A stretch of 64,000 bases of DNA from Trueperaceae bacterium (GTDB taxonomy: Bacteria; Deinococcota; Deinococci; Deinococcales; Trueperaceae): assembly GCA_965215565.1 (NCBI GenBank), contig CBDCDZ010000004.1, positions 160,001 through 224,000 on the forward strand. Direction: 5' to 3'. Positions 46,486 to 56,608 of this stretch are shown here, piece by piece; position 1 is the first letter of the stretch, and the number at the start of each line of letters is the position of its first letter. A program made the translations under genes and the position numbers. The notes below the pieces were generated by a model. The model was not told where the DNA came from and did no database searches. It saw only the letters and a list, made by a program, of their open reading frames with translations.

Positions 46486-47766
46486 ATGGTTTACCCCGAT
46501 GTGCTCGCGATTGAACCCAAACGACTTATCGACGCCGAGCTGAGCGTCCCCGGCTCCAAAAGTTTGACGAACCGCGCCCTCATCGTCGCAGCGTTAGCGG
46601 ACGGCACCTCCGTTTTGGAGGGCGGGCTCGTCGCGGAGGACGCCGAGGTGATGCTCGGGGCGCTCCGCGCGCTCGGCTTTGGTGTCGAGGTGGACGGCGC
46701 GACCTTTACGGTGCATGGGCGAGGCGGGGAGATTCCTAGCACCTCGGCGGAGTTGGATTTGAAGCTTTCGGGCACGTCGATTCGTTTTCTCACCGCTTTA
46801 GTCGCCTTGGGAAGAGGTCACTACCGCTTGGACGGCAACGCGCGGATGCGGCAGCGTCCGATTCAGGATTTGCTGGGCGCGCTACAGCCACTTGGCGCAA
46901 CTGTGGGCACGCAGTTCGAGACGGGGTGTCCGCCCGTCATCGTCGAGGCGGCGGGGCTCTCAGGCGGCGAGGCGCGGATTGCGGGCAGCAGTTCGTCCCA
47001 ATACCTCTCCGCGCTCCTCATGGCTGCGCCTTACGCGGAGGGTCCCGTCACGCTCGAGGTCGAGGGCGAGCTGACCTCCAAACCCTTCATCGACATGACG
47101 TTGGACCTCATGAGCGATTTCGGCGCGCGTGTCGAGCGCGAGGGCTACGAGCGCTTCTCCGTCACGCCGCAGACGTACCAGCCGCAGACGTACCGCGTCG
47201 AAGGGGACGCGATGGCGGCGGGGTATTTCTGGGCGGCGGCGGCGATCACTGGGGGGCGCGTGCGTGTCGAGAACGTAGGCAGCCGCTCGTCACAAGGTGA
47301 CAAGCGCTTGGCTGACGTTTTGAGCGCGATGGGCTGCGCCGTGACCTGGACCGAGGATAGTTGCGAAGTTGCCGCGCCCGAAGGGGTGCTGAGGGGCGGC
47401 ACCTTCGACCTCAACGACATGAGCGATCAAGCGCAGACGCTCGCCGTCGTCGCGCTCTTCGCGGATAGCCCAGTGCGCATCACGAACATCTGGAACTTGC
47501 GCATCAAAGAGACCGATAGACTGCGGGCCCTCTACACCGAGCTGAGCAAGCTCGGCGCGGAGGTGGAGGAGGGCGAGGATTATATCGTCGTTTATCCGCT
47601 CGAGACCTTTTCCTCTCGGCGCGTAGAGATAGACACCTATGACGACCACCGCATGGCGATGGCGTTTGCGCTCATCGGCTTAAAGGTGCCAGGTGTTGTG
47701 ATTAGAGACCCAGGTTGCGTCCGCAAGACGTTCCCCGAGTTCTTCAAGGTGCTCGCTGCACTGTAA
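46486..47766 (+). CDS. aroA: EPSP synthase
   Basis: PGSKSLTNR, SSQYLS, RIKETDR, DDHRMAM, KTFPEF. Confidence 0.96.
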   Translation: MVYPDVLAIEPKRLIDAELSVPGSKSLTNRALIVAALADGTSVLEGGLVAEDAEVMLGALRALGFGVEVDGATFTVHGRGGEIPSTSAELDLKLSGTSIRFLTALVALGRGHYRLDGNARMRQRPIQDLLGALQPLGATVGTQFETGCPPVIVEAAGLSGGEARIAGSSSSQYLSALLMAAPYAEGPVTLEVEGELTSKPFIDMTLDLMSDFGARVEREGYERFSVTPQTYQPQTYRVEGDAMAAGYFWAAAAITGGRVRVENVGSRSSQGDKRLADVLSAMGCAVTWTEDSCEVAAPEGVLRGGTFDLNDMSDQAQTLAVVALFADSPVRITNIWNLRIKETDRLRALYTELSKLGAEVEEGEDYIVVYPLETFSSRRVEIDTYDDHRMAMAFALIGLKVPGVVIRDPGCVRKTFPEFFKVLAAL

Positions 47767-47830
47767 GCCGACGTCGCCGCTATTCTAAAAATCGCCAACA
47801 CGCAGCTTAGCGCGCACGAAGTAACGGGTT

Positions 47831-48526
47831 ATGATGTACCTTATGGACGTACTTGGTGAAGTGAGGCGCGTGGACGGTGAGGATGACCAGAAGAGTGGCA
47901 GGTTGATTGTGACCTTAGATGGTCCTGCTGCTTCGGGCAAGTCGAGCGTGGCGCGGCGCGTGGCGCAGGCGCTGGCTGTGCCTTTCGTCTCGAGCGGCCT
48001 GCTCTACCGCGCCGCAACCTATCTGGTTTTAGAACATGGCGTCAACCCGGCGGACGAACCCTCCGTGCTCGCCCTTCTAGCCCGACACGACGTCGAACTC
48101 GTCGCCCTGCAAGGTTCACCTGACCGCGTCCTCTTTGACGGAGAAGACATCTCCGCGCAGCTCCACACCACCCGGGTGGACGCGAACGTCTCCGCTGTCG
48201 CCCGTCACCCCGGCGTGCGCGCGTGGGTCAACGCGCGGCTCAGGGAGATTCGCGGCTCGTTCGTCACCGAAGGGCGCGACATGGGTAGGGTTGTGTTTCC
48301 GGGGGCGGCGCACAAGTTCTACCTGAGCGCCCCAGCCGAGGTGCGCGCGGCGCGGCGGGTGGGCGAACGCGACATGAGCTTGCAAGAGGTGACAAAGGCG
48401 CTAAAGTTGCGCGATGAGCGCGACGCAGGGCAGCTCACGCCCGCGCCCGACGCCGTCCACATCGAGACGCAGAACCTGACGCTCGAGGACGTCGTCGCCG
48501 CCATCCTCGAAGAGGTGCGGGTGTGA
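47831..48526 (+). CDS. cmk: Cytidylate kinase (start uncertain)
   Basis: [26 protein letters not shown]. Confidence 0.95.
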   Translation: MMYLMDVLGEVRRVDGEDDQKSGRLIVTLDGPAASGKSSVARRVAQALAVPFVSSGLLYRAATYLVLEHGVNPADEPSVLALLARHDVELVALQGSPDRVLFDGEDISAQLHTTRVDANVSAVARHPGVRAWVNARLREIRGSFVTEGRDMGRVVFPGAAHKFYLSAPAEVRAARRVGERDMSLQEVTKALKLRDERDAGQLTPAPDAVHIETQNLTLEDVVAAILEEVRV

Positions 48527-49416
48527 ACTCCGAGTCGTTCGCTACGCCCGCCGCCGCCCTGGAGCGCGTCGTCATCACGAGTTCAAAGTATAAACCGCAA
48601 GCGCACGAACTCGTTGCGGCGGCGGCGAAAAAGTTGCGCGCGCTGGGCGCGGAGGTAACTGAAGACGCCGAAGGCGCGCTCCACCTAGCCCGAGACGCCG
48701 CCCACGCCGACCTCATCATCTCCATCGGCGGCGACGGCACGCTCCTCTCGACGGCGCGGCGTTTAGTCGGCGCTTCCGTCCCGACGATGGGCGTAAACTT
48801 GGGTAAGTTGGGCTTTTTGGCGGAGCATAGCACCGAAGATTTGTGGGCGTACCTGAGCGGCGACACCTCCGAGGAGGGCTGGCGCTTGGACCCTAAGATG
48901 ATGTTAGAAGTCGGCCTCCAACTGAACGGCGCAGCGCAAGAGACCACCCGCTACGCCCTGAATGACGTGATCATCTCGCAGGGCGTGATGACGCGCCTCG
49001 TCAGCATCGACATGGCCGTGGACAACTTCCACGCTTCGCAGTACCGCGCTGACGGGCTCGTCATCTCGACGCCCGTGGGCTCGACGGCGTACTCGCTCTC
49101 GCTGGGCGGTCCCATCTTGGCGCAAGGGCTCCGCGCCTTTGTGATTACTCCGATTGCGCCGCACTCGCTCACGAACCGCCCGATGGTCTTGGAGGGGTCC
49201 TCACGTGTCTCCTTCTGCGTGCACGGTCCCCTCAACGAGGTGGCGCTCGTCGTAGACGGTCAGGAGCGCCTAGAGCTGCAAGAGGGCGACCGCTTTACCG
49301 CCCAAGCTGCACCTACCGACTTCCTGCTCGTGTCGTCGGGCAAGCACAACTACTTCGACATCTTGCGCACGAAGCTTGCCTGGGGCGCGACGCCGGGGTT
49401 GAATGAGGCGAGTTGA
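48523..49416 (+). CDS. nadK: NAD kinase
   Basis: GGDGT, GKLGFL, LND, DG...[14 protein letters not shown]. Confidence 0.95.
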   Translation: MNSESFATPAAALERVVITSSKYKPQAHELVAAAAKKLRALGAEVTEDAEGALHLARDAAHADLIISIGGDGTLLSTARRLVGASVPTMGVNLGKLGFLAEHSTEDLWAYLSGDTSEEGWRLDPKMMLEVGLQLNGAAQETTRYALNDVIISQGVMTRLVSIDMAVDNFHASQYRADGLVISTPVGSTAYSLSLGGPILAQGLRAFVITPIAPHSLTNRPMVLEGSSRVSFCVHGPLNEVALVVDGQERLELQEGDRFTAQAAPTDFLLVSSGKHNYFDILRTKLAWGATPGLNEAS

Positions 49417-49442
49417 GCGGTTCGTAACATCGCGCCTCTCTA

Positions 49443-49552
49443 TAGGATTTTTGATTTTGTCGAGTTTGTATCACGCAGGTATCACTATATAATGTGTGTT
49501 CTACGCGATGTTCTTGAAGGTGAGAGCGTTCGTAACCAGATGATACCTGCTA
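49443..49552 (-). mobile_element. Degenerate MITE family A copy (110 bp, TA flanks)
   Basis: ...CGCAGGTATCAC...GATGTTCTT...ACCAGATGATACCTGCTA-TA. Confidence 0.8.
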
Positions 49553-49607
49553 TAGAATCGTGAGGTGGCTTGCTGCTAGTCGCCTCATAAAGCGTCAGTC
49601 TAGGGCT

Positions 49608-50216
49608 ATGAGCAAGCTTCTTCCTGAATTTTTTCGCCGCCAAGACGAGCGTCCTGACGGTTACTTTTATCAGTACCCGCGTTTCGTCGCGCATATCGAC
49701 GAGGCGGCAATAGGTGCGGCTTACAACCTCTACGACGAGCTTTTGCCCGCTGGCGGTCACGTCTTAGACCTCATGGCGAGCCACGTCTCGCACCTGCCGG
49801 ACAAGTTCGCGGCAGTGACAGGCTTAGGGCTCAATTTAGAGGAGCTGTCGAACAACCCTCTCCTCAGCGAACCTCTCGTTTTCGACCTCAACCGCTCGGA
49901 GACGCTCCCCTTTGAGAGCGAGCGATTTGACGGCGCAGTCTGTACGGTGAGCGTGCAGTATATGACCCGCCCTGACGACACCTTTGCCGAGGTTGCGCGG
50001 AGCTTGAAGCCCAATGCGCCCTTTATCGTGACCTTTTCCAACCGGATGTTTCCTACCAAAGCCGTGCTCGCCTGGCGCGCAGGCGACGACGCCTCACACG
50101 TGCGGCTCGTACGCAGCTATTTTGAGCAAACGCCCGCGTTCGGCTCGACGTATAGCCAGCACCATCAGCCCGAGCAAGGCGACCCCCTCTACGCGGTGTG
50201 GGCGTATAAGAGGTAG
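49608..50216 (+). CDS. Class I SAM-dependent methyltransferase-like protein
   Basis: FY..PRFV.HID, VLDLMAS..SHLP, VSVQY, FSNRMFPTKA. Confidence 0.85.
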   Translation: MSKLLPEFFRRQDERPDGYFYQYPRFVAHIDEAAIGAAYNLYDELLPAGGHVLDLMASHVSHLPDKFAAVTGLGLNLEELSNNPLLSEPLVFDLNRSETLPFESERFDGAVCTVSVQYMTRPDDTFAEVARSLKPNAPFIVTFSNRMFPTKAVLAWRAGDDASHVRLVRSYFEQTPAFGSTYSQHHQPEQGDPLYAVWAYKR

Positions 50217-50339
50217 AAAAGAAGTCGGACAGCATTGTGGTGGATGAAGGGTGATGAGGAACGAGCAATGAGCAACGAGTGAAATTCTCGTTGCCCATTG
50301 CTTTTAACTCGTTGTTAAATTGCTGGGTATAGCTGGTAT

Positions 50340-50493
50340 TAGCAGGTACCATCTGGTCAGAGTGTACGTAAGTTTGTCCCGGAGGGAAACTTCGTAAGCG
50401 AAGCAACACTCGCACTTTGTGAAACGATGTCGAGCACGCACTTTAAGGGATGATACTTGCGTTCAATTGTCTCAGTGTGTCGTGGAACTGCTA
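50340..50493 (+). mobile_element. MITE family A copy (154 bp) with two nested mini-elements
   Basis: A TGCTTCGC-type insert (about 50363-50405, minus strand) is itself interrupted by 50376-50397. Confidence 0.9.
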
Positions 50494-50598
50494 TATTATC
50501 CGTGCTCCAAATGTTTTGAGCCGCTCGAGCCAATGATAGCAACCTGAGCCGCCAGTTTGAAATGTGAAAAATTTACAGCTATCCGCTATAGTGGGCGC

Positions 50599-52998
50599 AT
50601 GAAGCTCTTAGCCCTGGGGGGGCTTCGCCTCGAAGACAGTGACTTCTCGCGGGTCAAGCCGCTCTTGCTGTTGGCGTATCTCGCCCTGGAAGGTCCAAAG
50701 GAGCGGCGCTACTTAGCCGAACTCTTCTGGCCCGGCGCGAGCAGCCACCTCAACAGCCTCTCGGCGGCGCTGAGTCGTCTCCGCAAGGGCGCACCCGGCG
50801 CGTTAGAAGCCGACGAACTGCGCGTGTGGCCCGCCTTCTTTTCGGACGTAGCGGACCTCTTGGGGGCGTTAGAGCGTGGCGACGCAGAGCGGGCGTTGAC
50901 GCTCTACACGGGCGCGTTCTTGGAGGGCGTCTACCTCTCCGACTGGAGCCCCGAGCTAGAGGAGTGGGTCTACGCTTCGAGAGAAGACCTCGCGGCGAGG
51001 GTCCAACACGCCGCCCTGCGTCTAGCCGAAAGTGACGCCGCTCAGGGGCGTTTTGCCGACGCCGCGCACCGCGCCGAACGTGCCTTTACGCTCCCCGGCG
51101 CGCCCGAGAGTGAGCCCGAAGACCTGAGCCGCTTCTACCTCCTCTTACAAGCGGCCGGTCACCCCTCAGCTGCGCACCTCAGAGCGGAGGCGCAGGGGTA
51201 CGCCGTCACCCTCGAGTTTTCACCACGCGAAGCGCAAGCAAGGCTCCAGCGCGTGCTCGTCGGACGTGAGAGCGAAGCGGCGCGGCTCCTGACCCTGGCA
51301 CCGGGCGAATCCGCCTGGGTCTGCGGCGGCGCGGGCATGGGCAAGACGGCGCTCTTAAAGAGCGTTCAGGGAACCTATCTCCCCGGACGCTCGCTCTTGC
51401 CCTACGCAACGTTGGAGCCGCTCGCTGGAGCCGCCTTGCAAGAGGGCGAAGGCGCGGTGCTGCAAGCCCTCGCCAAGCTGGAGGGCTTTTGGCTCATCGA
51501 CAACTGGGAGAACGTAGACGCCGCCAGCCAAGTCCTCCTGCGCAAGCTCCATGACCTTCGCCCCAGAGCGCGTCTCGTCATCGCCTCGCGCGAGAATCCA
51601 CCTTTCGGGGTGGACATGCGGCTCGAGCTTTCCCCCCTCTCCGAACGCGATTTAGCAAGGTATACTGGCGCGTGGGAACGTACCCAAGGCGTCCCCGCGC
51701 TAGTCGAAGCCTTCTTGCGCGGCGAAGCGCCTGAAAAAGCGTTGGAGGCGCAACTCGCCGCCCTACCCACAATTGCCGAAGAGGTCTACTTAGCCCTCGC
51801 CCTCCTAGACGACGCCGACCCCGACACCGCGCTCGTGCGCCGCGCTCTGTCGCTCAACGCGCAAGAGATGGCGCGAGCCCTAGAGTCCTTGCTCGCCGCC
51901 GGTCTCGTCGAGCCCTCGGGCAAGGTGCGCGTGCGCCGCGTCGCGTTAGAACTTTTAGAGGCGCATCCCACCCGCTTGGGTCCTCTGTCGCTCCAACTCG
52001 CCCGCTGCTTGTCGGGCGTCGAGGCGTTTCCACTCTACGAACGCTCGAGACCTCTTTGGGCGCAAGAGGATGAAGCCAATGTTGTCGGCGCGTACCTCGC
52101 CTGGGCGGAGGAGTTGCTGCGCCGCGGCTTTCCGCAGCGCGCCTTCGAAACCCTAGAAGACGCGCCCGACACGCGCCCCGTGACCTTTTTGAAAGGGCGC
52201 GCCCTAGAGCGCTCTGGGCGCTATCAAGAAGCGTTCGCCTGCGTCCAAAGTCTCGCTGAAACGCCCGAAGTGCTAGCGCTCAGGGCGACGCTTCACTACC
52301 GCTTAGGTCATCCGAAAGAGGCGAAGCGCGCGGCGGAAATTGCCTTAAAAGGGAGTATCGAGGCGCGTGCGGAGGGGCAGAATGTGCTGGGAAATGTAGC
52401 CTATTCAGAGGGTCAATATACTGAATCGGCAAAACTGTTTCGCAGAGCAGCGGCGTTGTGGTTAGCTGTGGGACAGAAAGTAAGGTGGGTAGGTGCGCTC
52501 AACAACGCCGCAGTAGCGCGGAGTGATGCGGGTGAAGACGCTGAACAAGCGTATCAAGAAGCATTGGTGGCGGCAGGTGCAAATCAGGTATTACGTACTA
52601 TGGTGCTTACTAATCTCGGGTGCGTTTACGAAGATCGAGGCGAGTTCGGTAAAGCTATAAAGACATACGAAGACGTGATTACTTCAGCTAACGAAATTAG
52701 AGCTACCGTAGCTTTAGCGACAGCTTGGAACAACATAGGTGATTGTTATAAAGAAGATAAACCCGAAAAGGCTGTAGAAGCCTATAAGCAGGCATACGAG
52801 TTTGCTCAAGAAGCGGGAGACTCTTATATTATTGCCACAACGCTTGCTAACCTAGCAGAGGTCAGTAATGATTTTGAAGCTTGGCAAGAAGCTATGTACC
52901 TCTTTGAAGTAACTGGACACTCAGATCAAATAAGGCAGCACCGAACTCAACTCCCCGAAAGTCACCTGTTCAGGGTGCGGTCAGGGGTAAACGTTTAG
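50599..52998 (+). CDS. SARP/BTAD-like transcriptional activator with P-loop and C-terminal TPRs
   Basis: LLLLAYLALEG...R..LAELFWP...LSRLRK winged HTH, LY.G.FL.G...EEW, GGAGMGKT, TPR motifs NVLG, NLG and NNIG. Confidence 0.85.
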   Translation: MKLLALGGLRLEDSDFSRVKPLLLLAYLALEGPKERRYLAELFWPGASSHLNSLSAALSRLRKGAPGALEADELRVWPAFFSDVADLLGALERGDAERALTLYTGAFLEGVYLSDWSPELEEWVYASREDLAARVQHAALRLAESDAAQGRFADAAHRAERAFTLPGAPESEPEDLSRFYLLLQAAGHPSAAHLRAEAQGYAVTLEFSPREAQARLQRVLVGRESEAARLLTLAPGESAWVCGGAGMGKTALLKSVQGTYLPGRSLLPYATLEPLAGAALQEGEGAVLQALAKLEGFWLIDNWENVDAASQVLLRKLHDLRPRARLVIASRENPPFGVDMRLELSPLSERDLARYTGAWERTQGVPALVEAFLRGEAPEKALEAQLAALPTIAEEVYLALALLDDADPDTALVRRALSLNAQEMARALESLLAAGLVEPSGKVRVRRVALELLEAHPTRLGPLSLQLARCLSGVEAFPLYERSRPLWAQEDEANVVGAYLAWAEELLRRGFPQRAFETLEDAPDTRPVTFLKGRALERSGRYQEAFACVQSLAETPEVLALRATLHYRLGHPKEAKRAAEIALKGSIEARAEGQNVLGNVAYSEGQYTESAKLFRRAAALWLAVGQKVRWVGALNNAAVARSDAGEDAEQAYQEALVAAGANQVLRTMVLTNLGCVYEDRGEFGKAIKTYEDVITSANEIRATVALATAWNNIGDCYKEDKPEKAVEAYKQAYEFAQEAGDSYIIATTLANLAEVSNDFEAWQEAMYLFEVTGHSDQIRQHRTQLPESHLFRVRSGVNV

Positions 52999-53001
52999 TC
53001 T
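52970..53001 (+). promoter_or_regulatory. Putative SARP-type promoter: TCAGGG direct repeats 11 bp apart plus a TAGTCT -10 box
   Basis: TCAGGGT at 52970, TCAGGGG at 52981, 8-nt spacer, TAGTCT at 52996-53001. Confidence 0.45.
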
Positions 53002-53068
53002 ATTTTTGAAGGAGATACTTTCGTATAAGCCGAAGATATTTCGCTCTAAAAATAAAAGGAGATCGGAC

Positions 53069-53224
53069 ATGAGTGACAGAAGTGATGAGGAAAAGAAAAA
53101 AGACAGCCCCAAAGAGGTGAGCGACTTTCTCAAACAACAGAAGAAAGGTTCACGCAACCCTTCAAAGGATGAAGATGCGAAAGATCAGGGCAATGACACA
53201 GATGGGATAAAAATAAGGGACTAA
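53069..53224 (+). CDS. Small highly charged peptide (51 aa)
   Basis: AAAGGAG RBS; MSDRSDEEKKK...DGIKIRD; followed by a strong terminator. Confidence 0.7.
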   Translation: MSDRSDEEKKKDSPKEVSDFLKQQKKGSRNPSKDEDAKDQGNDTDGIKIRD

Positions 53225-53259
53225 GCGAACGGCGTGAAGTGACCTAAATTTTTATTAGC

Positions 53260-53295
53260 GAAAAGCGGTGCAAAAGTGATTTTGCACCGCTTTTC
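53260..53295. terminator. Bidirectional terminator
   Basis: GAAAAGCGGTGCAAAA-GTGA-TTTTGCACCGCTTTTC. Confidence 0.88.
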
Positions 53296-53318
53296 AACAC
53301 CAGTTCAAACCCTCAAGC

Positions 53319-54194
53319 CTACCCCCCACGCTTCTCAAACAGCGGAATAATATCCTCTAAAAAACGATTGAACGCCTCATTAAGCTGTTCAATATGTTCC
53401 GGCATCGCCTCGTCGAAGCTGTCCTCGCAACCTTGTAAGTAGAGGGCGCGGTTGACCTCTAGCGAGAAGCCGGGTTTATGATGCGCGAAGACGGGGTTGC
53501 TGTAGCGGCGCTGGATGTCCGCCATCGAAAAGGGCGAGTTGAGGAGGGCGCGGGGCGGTACGTTGGGGCAGACTTTCATCACATCGGCGAAGTGATGCTC
53601 GAGCCTCTCGGTAAGTACGTGCGCGGTCTCCGCGTCCACGCTGGTGTACGCCCCCGGTGTTTTTGGTTTACCCATTTCGTCGCCGCCGGTGATTAAAGTG
53701 AGCGCCGGACGCAGCTCGCCGGTGTCCGGTCCGATGGCGGGTCCGACGGGTGCCATCGCGTGGCCGTCTACGAAAAAGAGGATGTCGTCGCGCTCTAGGG
53801 CGTGCTCTATCGCCTTGTGAAAGGGGTCCCAGTAGGTTTCTAAGCGGGCTTCGGCGGCTTCTTGGCTGAGGTGATAGTCTTTGGGGTAGAGAGGTTCGGC
53901 GCTGAAGTCGGTGAGCTTGATGACGCCGTTCGCGCCGCCCTCGTCGCGCCGCCGGTTATAGTCCACCACAAAGCGCGACGCCGCCGCGTTGAAGTGCAGC
54001 GCCCCCTCCGCTTGGAAAATCTGATCGGTGTAGGGGTCGCCCTCGAAGAAAAGGCGCTTCAAGAACCGCTCGCGCAAACCTTTATCACTCGCTCTGTCGC
54101 CCAGCATTTCGGACAAAATGTCATTGGGGACGAAGCCGGAGGAGTGCGGGGTGGAGATGAGTACGGGGAGGTGTTTGATCGCAACGTCGAACAT
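53319..54194 (-). CDS. N-formylglutamate amidohydrolase family protein
   Basis: STPHS, D..TD, SRFVVD.NR, YW.PFH, D.H.M, LEVNR.LY. Confidence 0.88.
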   Translation of the reverse strand: MFDVAIKHLPVLISTPHSSGFVPNDILSEMLGDRASDKGLRERFLKRLFFEGDPYTDQIFQAEGALHFNAAASRFVVDYNRRRDEGGANGVIKLTDFSAEPLYPKDYHLSQEAAEARLETYWDPFHKAIEHALERDDILFFVDGHAMAPVGPAIGPDTGELRPALTLITGGDEMGKPKTPGAYTSVDAETAHVLTERLEHHFADVMKVCPNVPPRALLNSPFSMADIQRRYSNPVFAHHKPGFSLEVNRALYLQGCEDSFDEAMPEHIEQLNEAFNRFLEDIIPLFEKRGG

Positions 54195-54390
54195 AAAGCA
54201 CTAGTATAAAGCAAGGCGTTTTCTCTGACTGTTCGGCTTTGCACGTCTTGACTTAGCAATGAGTTCCGAGCAATCCAGTCAAGCTGGACGGGCGGTGAGC
54301 AACGAGTCTAGAGGGTTTTACTCACCGCTCGTTGCTCATTGCTTTTAACTTTCTAGGACAGAACCAAATGGTTGCAGAGTGTGAGCCTCC

Positions 54391-55656
54391 CTACTCCCCC
54401 AAATAAACCCTCGTCTCCGGCTTAAACGCTGCCCACGCGAACCAGAGCGTGTTGTCGTGGACGATAGGGGAGAGCTGTTCGCCCCTGAGTTCTCCCGCTA
54501 CCGCTTTGCCCAAAAGGTTCCAGGTGCTGTTCGTCTCGGAGTCTACGAACGCGCCCTCTTGCCACGCAAAGGTAAGCTCTCGGCCTCCCAAACGCCTGTC
54601 GAACACGCCGACTGCGCCCACGTCCTGACCCTGAGCGATGCTCTGAGTGTCTAACGCGCTCGCCGTGCCCTCTTGCCAAAGGACAGCGAGAGGTGTTCCG
54701 CCAAGTTCATCGTTAATCACGTGCTCTTGCGACAAAATCTCGAAAGGATACGCCGCCGTTTCCTCACCCTGCACCACGCTCACGATGCGCTCTTTGGGCG
54801 TGAGCCTGCCGTCCGTGACGCCCCGAAAGAGAAAGGCGGGGCTGCCCACTGCGTCGTAACCGACGTAGGGGTTTTGTCCGTAGGAGCGGCGGTAGCCGGT
54901 GTCTTGGGAGAGCACGCTCGCACTGGGGAAGGCTTCTCTAGCTTGCTCAAACGAGACGATTTGCGCGGGCAGGCGTAAGAGTTCTGTGTCCGTGAGCGTG
55001 CCGACGTTGCCCTCACCCAGAATTTGTGACCACAAGGTGCTCGTTTCAGAATCGAACATGAGCAAGTTGGAGTTGTACAAAAGCCCTGAAACGCCGAAGG
55101 TGACTTCTAAACCTCTTGAAACTTGGGTCTCTTCACCGACTTGCGCAGTGTAGGCGTCTATGAAGGTGGGCTCGAGCCTCGCAACCTTAGCCTCGGGGTT
55201 GACCTCTTGCACCCTCGAGAGCGCGTCCTCAACCAGCGGAATGCGGCGGTCAAACGCTAGCGCGCTGTTGCAGAGCGGGCAGAAGGTGACGGCGACGGGC
55301 ACGTCACCCAAGGTGTCGTTGACGATTTCGTGCCAGGTCAAAATCCGCAGCGGGTAGATTTTGGCGTCATCTCGCAACGAGAGTAGGACGACGGGCTCTT
55401 GGGGCTCCAACCACGCCGCCGCCTCGTCCTGCGAGACGAACGCAGGCGCTTCAGACGCGGATGCGACCTCTTGCCAGTCCCCGCTAAAGCCGAGCGCAGG
55501 GATGCCCTGCGGGGGAGGACCACCGCTCAAGACCTCTTCCAAGGGGATGTTGGCGCGTTCTGTATTCGCGCCGAGGCGACCGAATGCGGTGTCGAGCGTG
55601 CTCTGCGCCAAGGCGCTTCCGACGAGAAAAATTATCAAGCAAACGAGCTGTCTCAT
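54391..55656 (-). CDS. Secreted DUF3179 family protein
   Basis: GGPP..GIP, HEIVND, TFCPLCNS, FGVSGLLYNSNL.M.D..T...WSQ, WFAW.AF.P. Confidence 0.88.
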   Translation of the reverse strand: MRQLVCLIIFLVGSALAQSTLDTAFGRLGANTERANIPLEEVLSGGPPPQGIPALGFSGDWQEVASASEAPAFVSQDEAAAWLEPQEPVVLLSLRDDAKIYPLRILTWHEIVNDTLGDVPVAVTFCPLCNSALAFDRRIPLVEDALSRVQEVNPEAKVARLEPTFIDAYTAQVGEETQVSRGLEVTFGVSGLLYNSNLLMFDSETSTLWSQILGEGNVGTLTDTELLRLPAQIVSFEQAREAFPSASVLSQDTGYRRSYGQNPYVGYDAVGSPAFLFRGVTDGRLTPKERIVSVVQGEETAAYPFEILSQEHVINDELGGTPLAVLWQEGTASALDTQSIAQGQDVGAVGVFDRRLGGRELTFAWQEGAFVDSETNSTWNLLGKAVAGELRGEQLSPIVHDNTLWFAWAAFKPETRVYLGE

Positions 55657-55713
55657 AGCGTCAGCTTAGCGGCACTTCGACCTCTTTGCGGTCAACCGCT
55701 TGACCTGAAAGAA

Positions 55714-55870
55714 GCAATCCAGTCGAGCTGGTTATGTGATCCAGTCAAGCTGGTGGTTTTAGCTTCCGCAGGAACGAACGGTCTTGCGAAGCAAACGATT
55801 ACGAAGTTTTCGTAGAAGCGAAACGGTAAGCAACGAGCATAGGTCAGAGCGAAGCTCAAAGCACTATGTG
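55714..55870. repeat. Cluster of GNA-hairpin mini-elements outside any MITE
   Basis: ATCCAGTC(G/A)AGCTGG x2, TTCCGCAGGAA, TTGCGAAGCAA, TTACGAAGTTTTCGTAGAA, GAGCGAAGCTC. Confidence 0.65.
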
Positions 55871-55984
55871 CTTCACCTATTGAGCAATGAGTGAAAACCT
55901 TTAGACTCATTGCTTGGTACTCATTGCTCATTGCTCCTTAGAACAACGCCGCTACCTCATCTCCTTTCACGGTAAACTCCCCCT

Positions 55985-56485
55985 ATGCCCAATAAAGACG
56001 CACTATCCCATTTCGGTTCGGACCCAGGAGAGGCGCAGGCAATCCTCGTCCGCGAATTTGACGCTTTCGAAAAGGTCCAGACCTATTTACAGGAGCGCTG
56101 GACGGAGCCCCTGCGCCCCGATGCGTGGAGCCCCGCGCAGATTTTTGAGCACGTCTTAAAAACGAACGTCTCGATGAGCAAGGTGCTCTACCTCTTGCGC
56201 CGCGACGCGCCGCTGCCCGAGATGCCTAAAAAGCCCGCCAACGTCGAGAACGGAAAAGTGCAGTCGCCCGAGTTCGCGCTACCCGGCGAGCCGCAGCCTT
56301 TAGAAGCGCTGTTGCCCAAGTGGAAAGAGGTGAGAGAACGTCATCTGCAAGAGGTGGACAAGACGTCTACGTGGCGTGAGCGGACGGTGTTTCATCCTGT
56401 TTTTGGTGACTTAGACGCCCTACAGTGGGTGCAGGCGGCGAGCTTGCACATGGCGCATCATAGGAAGCAGTTGGAGGAGAGGTAG
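55985..56485 (+). CDS. DinB family protein
   Basis: WSPAQIFEHV, HPVFG.L...QW.....H..HH..Q. Confidence 0.9.
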   Translation: MPNKDALSHFGSDPGEAQAILVREFDAFEKVQTYLQERWTEPLRPDAWSPAQIFEHVLKTNVSMSKVLYLLRRDAPLPEMPKKPANVENGKVQSPEFALPGEPQPLEALLPKWKEVRERHLQEVDKTSTWRERTVFHPVFGDLDALQWVQAASLHMAHHRKQLEER

Positions 56486-56608
56486 CAGCCATCTCTGCGT
56501 TCTGATTTAATGATGAGGTGGTGCTTTACTTGGCATTTCAGCTTGTCAGCACTTCAGGAAAAACCTAAAAACCTGACTAGCTGACAACCTGACCTGCCGA
56601 TACGCTCT

